Part shown: one piece after another, positions 14,801-22,214 of the stretch
Position numbering within the stretch: position 1 is the stretch's first letter
How the letters are laid out: every line of letters starts with the position of its first letter
From: a virus
Reading direction: 5' to 3' (one strand)
Length of the DNA: 37,282 nucleotides
Virus record (IMG/VR): IMGVR_UViG_3300046792_000149
Translations under genes and position numbers: made by a program
The notes under the pieces: model-generated
The model's database searches: none
What the model was told of the DNA's origin: nothing
The model's input: the letters and a program-made list of their open reading frames with translations, nothing else

Positions 14801-16321
14801 TCAGTCCTCCTCGCGGTCGGTCAGCTCCTCGCGGGCGTAGAGCCCGAGAGTCGCCGACGGGTAAACCATGCGCACGAGCTGCACCATCGCAGTCTTGCGC
14901 AACATCTCCTTGCGTCGCTTGTCCCACTGCCCTCGGTCGTCCCTCTTGCCTGGTCCCGGCGGCGGAGCGGGTTCGGCAGCTGCAATGCCCGCTGCTACCG
15001 CGTCATCGATCGAATACGTGAACGTCTCCGGCTGCGGGTGCTTCGCGTGCTTCGTCTCCCACGTCGCCTCAGTCATGCTCGACGACACGCGGCGCAGGTA
15101 GACGCAATCGGGGTGCTTCTCGGCGAGCACTTGAATCGTGTTCGCGGCCAGCGACGGCTTGCCGCTGATGACATGGAACATGTCCAGGCTCGTGAGCACC
15201 GGAAAGCCCATCTCCTTGCCGCGGATCATGGTTGCGAGGATGGCCTCGGGATTGCCGAACTTCGTGTAGAGCCGGCTGTTCATCATCGCCTTGGCCAGCC
15301 AGTACGCATCGGCGACGCTGTTTGGCTGCAATGCCGGGTTCGGCGCCGGCACCGCGAGAGCCTTGGTATCGTTCGACGCCGCCGGCTTTGGCATATCGAC
15401 CAGTTCGCCGATGGCTACGGTTTGCGGCTCCGACTCGGGCGCAATGTGCGTTGTCTCGGCCTTCACGCCGAAAACCTTCTCTGCCGCAATGACGCTACTT
15501 GGTACGTCTTCCACGGGTGGCTCCTCCAGTTTGACGATGGGTTTCACGGAACGACCGCTGTACAGGTCGTCGAAGTTGATCGGGACGTCTCGGCGCAGCT
15601 CAATCAGCTTGCGCGTGGTTGCATAGTCGAAGCCCTGGAGCGCCGCCGTCATTGCCGGCGTGAACTGCTTCTCCTCGAGTGCCTTGACGATGCCGGCCCA
15701 GTCGCCATTGGTCTGCAGCATCGCTGTGGCGCGCTTCTCGCCGACGCCCTGACAGCCCTTGATGTTGTCCGATGCGTCGCCCACGAGGGCCAGCCAGTCG
15801 CCCAGTTGCGACATCTTCACGCCGAACTTGGCTTCGGCTTCGAGCTCGGACCACACCGACCAGTCGTGCGTGCGCAGCTGCTTCACGCCGGGCCGCAGAA
15901 GCTGCATCAGGTCCTTATCGGCGCTGCAGATGGCGACGGGGTGCCCACGGCGGATCGCTTCCTCGCACGCGGTCGCAATGACGTCGTCGGCCTCGAAGCC
16001 CTCCGACTCCCAAAGCAGGTAACCGTCCGCGCGCAGGCGCTCCTTGACCCGGTCAAGCGTGTCGTAGAAGTCGTTGCCGAGCTTCTCCCGCTGCGCCTTG
16101 TACGTCGGGACAAGGTCTTTCCTCCAGCTCTTGCGCGAGTCGAGGCAGATGGCCGTCAGTGCGTTGGGGTCTTTCTTCGCGCACCGGGTGACGGCGTCGA
16201 GCGTGGCGCTGAATGCGACCGATAGCGGCCCGTTTTCGTTAGCTCTCCAAGCGGGATGGAACAGCGACGAAAGGTCTATCAGCACCACGCGCTGCTTCGT
16301 TTCGACGGCTGCGGCGGTCAT
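14801..16321 (-). CDS. Fusion protein: FEN/Pol I-type 5'-3' exonuclease + RecT/Redbeta-like single-strand annealing domain (506 aa)
   Basis: The N-terminal half has VVLIDLSSLFHPAWRA, YKAQR, GFEADDVIATA, SADKDLMQLL and LVGDASDNIKGCQGVGEKRATAML, which are 5'-nuclease and H3TH motifs. The C-terminal half has ILATMIRGKEMGFPVLTSLDMFHVISGKPSL and QWDKRRKEMLRKTAMVQLVRMVYP..LGLYAREE. The latter resembles Redbeta GPWQSHPKRMLRHKAMIQCARLAFG..GIYDKDE. The ATG at 16321 overlaps the upstream stop (ATGA). Confidence 0.7.
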   Translation of the reverse strand: MTAAAVETKQRVVLIDLSSLFHPAWRANENGPLSVAFSATLDAVTRCAKKDPNALTAICLDSRKSWRKDLVPTYKAQREKLGNDFYDTLDRVKERLRADGYLLWESEGFEADDVIATACEEAIRRGHPVAICSADKDLMQLLRPGVKQLRTHDWSVWSELEAEAKFGVKMSQLGDWLALVGDASDNIKGCQGVGEKRATAMLQTNGDWAGIVKALEEKQFTPAMTAALQGFDYATTRKLIELRRDVPINFDDLYSGRSVKPIVKLEEPPVEDVPSSVIAAEKVFGVKAETTHIAPESEPQTVAIGELVDMPKPAASNDTKALAVPAPNPALQPNSVADAYWLAKAMMNSRLYTKFGNPEAILATMIRGKEMGFPVLTSLDMFHVISGKPSLAANTIQVLAEKHPDCVYLRRVSSSMTEATWETKHAKHPQPETFTYSIDDAVAAGIAAAEPAPPPGPGKRDDRGQWDKRRKEMLRKTAMVQLVRMVYPSATLGLYAREELTDREED

Positions 16322-16707
16322 TTTCCAGTCCTTTGCTTTTCGATCAGTCCAGCGATATCGGGCGGCGTCCATCCCTCGGGCTTCGCTATTTTGGCGAGTC
16401 CCGGGATTCGCACCTTGGCCATGTTGGCGTCCGTAATGGCCTGAAACAGTGGCGCAGCGTCGATGCCGAGCCGAACGAGACCGCCGAGGGCATAGAACAG
16501 GTCGTCCAGGTAGCCGTCGGCCAGGTCCGCAATGTTCCTGCGCCGAATCGCCGTCTCGATTTCGCTGTGCTCGCTGTCCATCCATTCGAGCCGCAACGTG
16601 TGCTCGTCCCAATCAACTTGATCCTCGGTCAGCGGCGTTGACGGTTGCGGGCCGAAGAACTTTTCTTGAAACGCGCGGACTAGGGCTTGTGCGTCGGAGA
16701 TGGTCAT
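16318..16707 (-). CDS. MazG-like all-alpha NTP pyrophosphohydrolase (129 aa)
   Basis: E-x2-E ... E-x2-D style metal-binding helices: LRLEWMDSEHSEIETAIRRRNIADLADGYLDDLFYALG, then ITDANMAKV...KPEGWTPPD, typical of phage MazG/PRA-PH-like proteins. TAATG overlap with the upstream gene. Confidence 0.55.
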   Translation of the reverse strand: MTISDAQALVRAFQEKFFGPQPSTPLTEDQVDWDEHTLRLEWMDSEHSEIETAIRRRNIADLADGYLDDLFYALGGLVRLGIDAAPLFQAITDANMAKVRIPGLAKIAKPEGWTPPDIAGLIEKQRTGK

Positions 16708-16910
16708 TACCAGAACTTTCGAATGAAGTGATAAGCAACCCAAACGATTCCGGCCACAATGCCGACGTTGAACATGATGACTAACGGCGCAGTTATGGCC
16801 GCAATACCGAACACCGTTCTCTGCCGGCGCTCAATATTGCGGTGAATCTCGCGCATGTTCATCATTGGAGCATCCTTGAATGGGTCATGGTTTTTGAATA
16901 GCATTTTCAT
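16707..16910 (-). CDS. Small membrane protein (67 aa)
   Basis: One strong TM helix (FGIAAITAPLVIMFNVGIVAGIVWVAYHFI). Preceded by a 121-bp non-coding gap. Confidence 0.5.
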   Translation of the reverse strand: MKMLFKNHDPFKDAPMMNMREIHRNIERRQRTVFGIAAITAPLVIMFNVGIVAGIVWVAYHFIRKFW

Positions 16911-17031
16911 CCTTTCGTCATTTCAACCAAGTGCCGCCAACAGAAATCCCGCCATCTCGAAATCAGCGCGCCGAATCCGCAACGAATGAGCTTGATGGGC
17001 CGCGGGTCGCGATTGCGAATTGTGGGGCAGT

Positions 17032-17430
17032 TCACGGCTTCACCCCATCGCGCCACATGAGCCGGCGCGCGAGCCGATTGCGCAATGCTTCGACACTGTC
17101 CCCGTCGTGATATCGGCAGGCCGATGGGTCATCGGGGTATCGGTTCACCGGCGCTGCGTCGCAGAGCTTGCAGCCTTGGCGCTTCCCGCCGATCACCCCC
17201 TTGGCGTACCGATCGCGGCGCGCGAAGATCAGGCGCATGGCCGCAGCGCGATAGGCGTTTCCGCGCCCCTGCATGTGACGAACCCGGATACGCCGCACCG
17301 TCTCGAAGTAGGTTCCATCTTCGTCGCCGACGAATTCCTGGCCGTCGTACTCCCACTCAATACGCCAGGACGTACGGACGACTTTCGTCACCTTCACGCG
17401 CGAAGGTGACCCAATCGGAGCCTTTGTCAT
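17032..17430 (-). CDS. Hypothetical protein (132 aa)
   Basis: The ATG at 17430 overlaps the upstream stop (ATGA). The N-terminal 90 aa of the track ORF overlap the upstream gene and were discarded. Confidence 0.5.
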   Translation of the reverse strand: MTKAPIGSPSRVKVTKVVRTSWRIEWEYDGQEFVGDEDGTYFETVRRIRVRHMQGRGNAYRAAAMRLIFARRDRYAKGVIGGKRQGCKLCDAAPVNRYPDDPSACRYHDGDSVEALRNRLARRLMWRDGVKP

Positions 17431-17648
17431 CGCCCCACCAAATGACTCAGCTCCCACGCAACCTTGCCGTACCACCCCGCGACGCCAGCCAGGACCAGCG
17501 ACACCAGGAACGCCGTGCCGATCGAAACCAGCGCGATGCGACCGGCGCGATTGAGGATGTGGTGCACGTCCATGTGGTGCGACCAGCACATCCCAATCGC
17601 CGAGCGCGAGCACCAGAAGCAACGGCGCCGCATGAACCAGCCGATCAT
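17427..17648 (-). CDS. Small membrane protein (73 aa)
   Basis: ATGA overlaps at both ends. One TM helix (IALVSIGTAFLVSLVLAGVAGWY) and a Cys/His-rich N-terminus. Confidence 0.45.
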   Translation of the reverse strand: MIGWFMRRRCFWCSRSAIGMCWSHHMDVHHILNRAGRIALVSIGTAFLVSLVLAGVAGWYGKVAWELSHLVGR

Positions 17649-17932
17649 TGCTGCACCTCGAATTTGAACGGCCCGAACCGATCATTGAGCCAGAACTCAC
17701 CCGTCGTTCGATCGACCCTAGAGACGAAGTCGCCGACGCGCGGCGAGCCGTTCTCGCGCTTCAGTTCCTTGATGACGTGGGACATGGCAGCCGAGCAGGT
17801 GTCTGCCGTCGCGGGCTGAACAATCTCGGCCATTGCGTGTGCGTAGCCGTCGGTGGCTACGATCTTCGCCGTCCCGTCGTTCATCGTGAGCAGCCATGCC
17901 TCGACGCCGCCGGGCAGGTACTTGTCTGGCAT
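17645..17932 (-). CDS. Hypothetical protein (95 aa)
   Basis: The internal ATG at 17932 (MPDKYLPGG...) starts the part with protein-like composition. The Arg-rich 104-aa extension in the track overlaps the next two genes. Confidence 0.5.
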   Translation of the reverse strand: MPDKYLPGGVEAWLLTMNDGTAKIVATDGYAHAMAEIVQPATADTCSAAMSHVIKELKRENGSPRVGDFVSRVDRTTGEFWLNDRFGPFKFEVQQ

Positions 17933-17946
17933 CTTCTTCGGGAGTC

Positions 17947-18114
17947 TCACGTTCGCACCACCGCTCGCGACCCGTTGCACTTGTCGCAGACCTCGCCGCT
18001 CTCGTACCTCAGCTCCTCGTCGCACTCGGTACACCGTGGTGGTCGCGGATCGCACCCGTCGCAGCTGCAGCCGTAGCCGTGCTGCAACTCGTACCACTCG
18101 TCCCAGCCGCTCAC
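17947..18114 (-). CDS. Zinc-ribbon-like small protein (55 aa, GTG start), absent from the ORF track
   Basis: My own translation gives VSGWDEWYELQHGYGCSCDGCDPRPPRCTECDEELRYESGEVCDKCNGSRAVVRT*. It has CxC-x2-C ... C-x2-C ... C-x2-C. The GTG at 18114 overlaps the stop of 18111..18449 as GTGA. Confidence 0.45.
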   Translation of the reverse strand: MSGWDEWYELQHGYGCSCDGCDPRPPRCTECDEELRYESGEVCDKCNGSRAVVRT

Positions 18115-18449
18115 GACGCCCCCAGTGCGCCAAGCGCCTTGAGCGCCCGTTCGGCATAGCGGCTAGCAGTGCGCGGCGCGCCAGCCCGCGCCGCCGACAA
18201 ACACGCCTGCGTCGCCTGTATCGCGCGGCGCCTGCGGTCCTCAAGGTCCAGGATGGTCGCCTCCATCAGGGCGCGATCGAAGAAGTCCGAATCAATCGGC
18301 TTGCCAGGGGCCTTCGTCGCTTCGAACTCGCGCGCTTCCCGTGAGCCTGGCGCGATGTACGACTCACAGGACGACTCGGGCATCGCATGCAGGACACAGG
18401 TGATGCCGCAGCGTGCGCAGAAGGGATTGTGACGGGGTTTCGAGTTCAT
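18111..18449 (-). CDS. Hypothetical protein (112 aa)
   Basis: The ATG at 18449 has a GAGG SD with a 6-nt spacer. The upstream part of the track ORF overlaps 18506..18700 in another frame. Confidence 0.5.
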   Translation of the reverse strand: MNSKPRHNPFCARCGITCVLHAMPESSCESYIAPGSREAREFEATKAPGKPIDSDFFDRALMEATILDLEDRRRRAIQATQACLSAARAGAPRTASRYAERALKALGALGAS

Positions 18450-18505
18450 TGTTGGCCTCATCAGGCGCCGAGTTACGGCGCGACCGGCCGAAGCCGGTTT
18501 CGGCC

Positions 18506-18700
18506 TTACGCAGCCTTGATCTCGACCGGCGTACCCAGCGCGGTCATGCGTGCCGCGCACATCTCCGCGATGGCCGTGCGCGAGTCGCCGAGAGCGCGAA
18601 ACTCGGCCATGTCCATCTTGCGGCCCGGGCCGCCGTCGAACTCGCCCTCGAAGTACGCCTTGATCGCCGAAACACTGTTCATCTCCATCGAAGCCTCCAT
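18506..18700 (-). CDS. Hypothetical small protein (60-64 aa), first gene downstream of the operator region
   Basis: Good coding composition. The GGAGG inside codons 2-3 would serve as SD for the in-frame ATG at 18688, so the true start may be 18688. Confidence 0.5.
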   Translation of the reverse strand: MEASMEMNSVSAIKAYFEGEFDGGPGRKMDMAEFRALGDSRTAIAEMCAARMTALGTPVEIKAA

Positions 18701-18763
18701 AAGTGAACACTAGCAACTGTTCACACCGCTAGCAAGCGGAAAAGTGAACACTCGCCACTTTTC
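18701..18763. promoter_or_regulatory. Operator-like region: repeated AAGTGAACACT and inverted TGTTCAC
   Basis: AAGTGAACACT occurs at 18701-18711 and 18742-18752. The inverted copy TGTTCAC at 18718-18724 lies between them. A small hairpin CCGCT-agca-AGCGG is at 18726-18739. The region lies between the HTH regulator gene and the first downstream early gene. Confidence 0.45.
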
Positions 18764-19210
18764 TTAGGAGAGACCGCCCGGCCAGTGCTTCGAGTCGGCC
18801 GGCCAGCCGGTCAGCTCTTCGATCTCTTCGGCCCGGTCACGCGGAATAGGCCGCGGGTTATCGGCTCGGCGCTGCATGGAAAGCAGAGACACGCTACACT
18901 TCAGCCGCTTGGCCAGACTGCGCAGCGTGAACCCCTTAGGCTTGACCGACCTGATAACCTCGATGAATGGGTCAGCCGACCGGCCTTTACTGATGGCGAT
19001 GCGAGATTCGAGTTGCATCTGTTCACTACGAGTGTTAACACTTGAACGGTGAACAGGCAAGCGATGTTCTTCCGCGACCGCCTCGAAAAGCTCGGCCTGC
19101 GCCTTGAGCAAAGCCTCCAGCGCAGCATCTTCGGCCTTCAGCATCGCGGCGGCTTTGTCGCGACGGGCAGTGGCGCGGGCAACCTCTTTATCGAGCGGAC
19201 GACGGGGCAC
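18764..19210 (-). CDS. HTH transcriptional regulator (148 aa, GTG start), repressor/Cro-like candidate
   Basis: C-terminal HTH FTLRSLAKRLKCSVSLLSMQRR and an N-terminal coiled coil. Positioned at the divergence point of the leftward and rightward operons. It contains an internal AT-rich inverted repeat (19020-19055). Confidence 0.6.
   Translation of the reverse strand: MPRRPLDKEVARATARRDKAAAMLKAEDAALEALLKAQAELFEAVAEEHRLPVHRSSVNTRSEQMQLESRIAISKGRSADPFIEVIRSVKPKGFTLRSLAKRLKCSVSLLSMQRRADNPRPIPRDRAEEIEELTGWPADSKHWPGGLS
19020..19055. promoter_or_regulatory. Intragenic inverted repeat TGTTCAC-N22-GTGAACA enclosing the palindrome GTGTTAACAC
   Basis: TGTTCAC (19020-19026), GTGTTAACAC (19032-19041) and GTGAACA (19049-19055). 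This is the same heptamer as the 18701-18763 sites. It is a locally AT-rich patch inside the regulator ORF, immediately upstream of an internal in-frame ATG (19018). Confidence 0.35.
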
Positions 19211-19224
19211 GTCGGGAAGGTAGC

Positions 19225-19746
19225 ATGATCAGCCTGGACGCGATGCCGATACAGCTAGGAAGCCGAGAGGAGTTCGCCTGGGTGAGCCCGGAGGATTGGC
19301 TTCTCGTTAATACGTGCGGCTGGCGACGCCGCATAAGCGGCCTTCGGGTCTACGCCGCCAGCCACCATCGCCGCTGCGGCCATGGACGCCACGAAGGCGA
19401 CCTGCATCGTTTTGTCGGTGCTCTTATGGGTATGTCCGGCGCTCGCATCATGGATCATCGCGACGGCAATGGCCTGAACAATACCAGGCAGAATCTTCGC
19501 TCCGCCACCAGGGCGCAAAACAACTCCAATCGAAGACCCAATCTATCAAACCGTGTCGGCCTTAAGGGCGTTAGGCGCTGTGGCCTTAGGTTTCTGGCTC
19601 AGATAACAGTCTCAAAAAGGAATCGCTATCTAGGCCTTTTTGTTACGGCCGAAGCAGCTGCCAGGGTTTACGACGCATGGGCCAAAGCCGCGTTCGGCGA
19701 GTTCGCATGGATCAACTACCCGGAGGGAATCAATGGACAAGGTTAA
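19225..19746 (+). CDS. HNH endonuclease with C-terminal AP2 domain (173 aa)
   Basis: LHRFV...IMDHRDGNGLNNTRQNLRSATRAQNNSN (HNH_3 pattern) is followed by GLKGVRRCGLRFLAQITVSKRNRYLGLFVTAEAAARVYDAWAKAAFGEFAWINYP (AP2 pattern). Confidence 0.8.
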   Translation: MISLDAMPIQLGSREEFAWVSPEDWLLVNTCGWRRRISGLRVYAASHHRRCGHGRHEGDLHRFVGALMGMSGARIMDHRDGNGLNNTRQNLRSATRAQNNSNRRPNLSNRVGLKGVRRCGLRFLAQITVSKRNRYLGLFVTAEAAARVYDAWAKAAFGEFAWINYPEGINGQG

Positions 19747-20386
19747 TGACGTCCCCGCAGCCGCCCCGCTCGCGGCCGACAGGACGAAGTGCCGTTGGTA
19801 CTGCGGTATGACGATGAACGCCATTTATGAGGACGACCGCCAGGTAATCCTGGGCGAGAAGTTCCATGCTTACGATCCGCGCACGAACGCCGACCAGCGT
19901 TGGTGCTCTGCCGCCTGCCGTGACGCCCGCCTCCCTCCCCTCGCGGCGCAGTCGGCCGAGACCGCTCATGATGAATGTTGCGAACCTGGATGTTCTACTA
20001 GCTGCCCGGCGCGTAAGCCCGCCCCGCAACCCGCCCCGGCGTGCGCGCATGGATGCAGTGACACACAGGCGAACACGGCGTGCCCGACGCACGGCAAGCC
20101 CGCCCCGGCGAAGCCTATGCAGCTCCCGCCACAGCGCACCGATTGCGCTGACTGCGGAGGCCCACATGCGGCAGCGGCGTGTCCTGGACGTCCTGCGGTC
20201 CCGTCGTGCATGCGCCCAGGCCTCGGATACGTCGAATGCGACGGCATCGTCAACGGCGGTCTCTGTGAGTCGCACGCGATGCTGTCGCGGATGTCGGTCG
20301 GCAAGCCTGCACGCGTTGAAGGACTGCGCCGACTCGGTCACATCGCCGGCATGCACGACGACGACCTAATTGGAGGTGCGCGGTGA
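19733..20386 (+). CDS. Cys/His-rich protein A (217 aa)
   Basis: The ATG at 19733 has a GGAGGG SD with a 5-nt spacer. 20+ Cys, including KCRWYCGMTMNAIYEDDRQVILGEKFHAYDP, a variant of the module repeated in the next two proteins. Confidence 0.6.
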   Translation: MDKVNDVPAAAPLAADRTKCRWYCGMTMNAIYEDDRQVILGEKFHAYDPRTNADQRWCSAACRDARLPPLAAQSAETAHDECCEPGCSTSCPARKPAPQPAPACAHGCSDTQANTACPTHGKPAPAKPMQLPPQRTDCADCGGPHAAAACPGRPAVPSCMRPGLGYVECDGIVNGGLCESHAMLSRMSVGKPARVEGLRRLGHIAGMHDDDLIGGAR

Positions 20387-20934
20387 GCGACAACGACGTT
20401 TGCGGCAAGCCGCTGTGCCGTCAGATTCGACGGGCGCACGTCTGGACGAATCACACCATCGCCCACGCCTTCGTCGAACCCGTCCCCGCGCCCCAACCGC
20501 CAGCCGACGCGACGAGTCCTAACGACAAATGCGCCGGGACATGTGTCGACGGCGGTCTCTGTGGCTACGTCAGGCGCGCTCACGGGAAGGAGCTGGGACA
20601 AATCGGTCATCGCTTCGTCGAGCCCAAGCCAGACGACCCACCCGTCACGGGCGATGGGGATGCGGCTGAGTTAGATCGACTGGTTGAGGATGCGGTCATG
20701 TCGATGAACGTGAGGCCATATCATTCGACAAGGCAGGCGATGGACAATCTCGCATACGAAGCCTACGCCGCCGGTATCGCCCGAGGGCGCGCTCTCGGGG
20801 CGAGGGAAGAAAGGGCCGACATCATCCGCGATGCACATGAGTCGCACTGCTATTGCTGCCCGGGACGGCCGAGGTGTCCAATCTGCGAATTCGCCGACGC
20901 CATCGCCCGTCGCGCAGGGAGGGGAACGCCATGA
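20383..20934 (+). CDS. Cys/His-rich protein B (183 aa, GTG start)
   Basis: GTGA overlap with the upstream stop and a GGAGG SD. Two tandem modules: CGKPLCRQIRRAHVWTNHTIAHAFVEP and CVDGGLCGYVRRAHGKELGQIGHRFVEP. C-terminal HCYCCPGRPRCPIC cluster. Confidence 0.6.
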   Translation: MSDNDVCGKPLCRQIRRAHVWTNHTIAHAFVEPVPAPQPPADATSPNDKCAGTCVDGGLCGYVRRAHGKELGQIGHRFVEPKPDDPPVTGDGDAAELDRLVEDAVMSMNVRPYHSTRQAMDNLAYEAYAAGIARGRALGAREERADIIRDAHESHCYCCPGRPRCPICEFADAIARRAGRGTP

Positions 20935-22214
20935 ACGATGCGAAGATCAACGCACTGGCCGAGGAATGGTCAGAGCGAAGCATTGAAGTGGGAGACGGCA
21001 TAACGACGCAGCGAAGGATTCGCGCTGCCCTTCGCGAACTAGCCTACGACCACGACACGGAGATACTGGCGCTGCGCCGTCTCGTCGAGGAAGCGAAGGG
21101 CGAACGGGACCGGCTCAAGTCACTGCTGGAGTTTTCGGCAGGGCTACTGAAGGCCAAAGGTACCGAAATCGACCGGCTCAAGGGCGAGCTGGCCGAGGCG
21201 CGGCGGCTGCTGATGACTGCGCCGCTTAACGTTCATGCCGATAGCTTACTTGCGTGGATGAAGGCGCGCACAAAGCATCTCGCCGCCCCGCCAGCCGAGC
21301 AGGTGCAGCCGACGAAACGCGAGTTGGACGTTTGCGCACGTCCAAATTGCAGGCAACCTCGGCACTGCGACATCCACGACCCCGAACGGGGCAGTCACAT
21401 GTTTCTTGAGCCGAAGGTCGCAACCGAGGATTGCGACACGTGCATCGGTCCCGGCGAGTTGTGCGACGAGCACGAGGAGGAAGAGGACCGCGAAGAGGCA
21501 GCCGAGCAGGCGCAGGGGGAGGGGGCGCTCACGCTCGAAATGCTAGACGAGGCTCTACGGGATCATATCAACGATGAATATGACCGATCGACCGCGCTCG
21601 CCAAGCGGGTGGAGGGGCACGAATTCGAAGCCGACGCGCACGGCATACGCGAGTCGATTGACGCGCTAGAGGGCAGGCTGCGCGATTTCGTTGTGGCCGA
21701 AGTGCGGCGCGCTATGTCGCCGCCTTCGTTCGGCCTGACCAAGGAGCAATTCAAGCCGCCCGTGCCCACGCATGCGTTCGTTGTACCGACAGGCCAGACG
21801 TCGGGTTATCTGCTCTGCGCGTCCGAGGGCTGCGGCAAGAGGTCTGTCGATTCTGTTCATTCGATATCCGCAGCACCATCCCCGCCCGAGGCCACCGGGC
21901 CTGGACATGCGTTTCACTGTCTCTGGTATCAGCAGGGCAAGCACAAAGAGGGACCCTGTGACGACAATTGCCCATGTTGGGTATGCGGCTACTTGCGTGG
22001 TCGTCACACCGTCCCCTGTTCTAACCGGGAGGCTTCTATGTCGCCCGCTCTCGAAAACCCCACGGAAAAAAAGCAACCGCCGGTCACTGGGCATGCGTTC
22101 GTGCGCGACCTCGACGGCAGATGTGATAAGCGGCGCGGTGACTACTATCGATGCGGAGAAAAGGCCGACGACCCCATCCACGCCGTCCCGCCCATCACGG
22201 AGGGGCGCAAGTGA
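20931..22214 (+). CDS. Coiled-coil + Cys/His-module protein C (427 aa)
   Basis: ATGA overlap and a GGGAGGGG SD. N-terminal coiled coil, then CARPNCRQPRHCDIHDPERGSHMFLEP and an acidic stretch. Further modules follow: PTHAFVVP...CASEGCGKRSVDSVH, GPGHAFHC...CPCWVCGYLRGRH and TGHAFVRDLDGRCDKRRGDYYRCGEKADDPIH. Confidence 0.6.
   Translation: MNDAKINALAEEWSERSIEVGDGITTQRRIRAALRELAYDHDTEILALRRLVEEAKGERDRLKSLLEFSAGLLKAKGTEIDRLKGELAEARRLLMTAPLNVHADSLLAWMKARTKHLAAPPAEQVQPTKRELDVCARPNCRQPRHCDIHDPERGSHMFLEPKVATEDCDTCIGPGELCDEHEEEEDREEAAEQAQGEGALTLEMLDEALRDHINDEYDRSTALAKRVEGHEFEADAHGIRESIDALEGRLRDFVVAEVRRAMSPPSFGLTKEQFKPPVPTHAFVVPTGQTSGYLLCASEGCGKRSVDSVHSISAAPSPPEATGPGHAFHCLWYQQGKHKEGPCDDNCPCWVCGYLRGRHTVPCSNREASMSPALENPTEKKQPPVTGHAFVRDLDGRCDKRRGDYYRCGEKADDPIHAVPPITEGRK
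22197..22214 (+). repeat. Gene-junction direct repeat, copy 1 (ACGGAGGGGCGCAAGTGA)
   Basis: Nearly identical to 22326-22342 (ACGGAGGGCGCAAGTGA, one G shorter). Each copy contains an SD, a stop and the next start codon. Confidence 0.85.

Noticed and set aside
12180-18733. Pairs of CTAGC in three regulatory gaps (12180/12210, 13276/13290, 18710/18729), as a possible shared binding site given that CTAG is usually avoided.
   Set aside because: By eye CTAG occurs about 40 more times across the genome, many inside genes and several as GCTAGC. I cannot establish enrichment without counting, so it is mentioned only as context in other findings.
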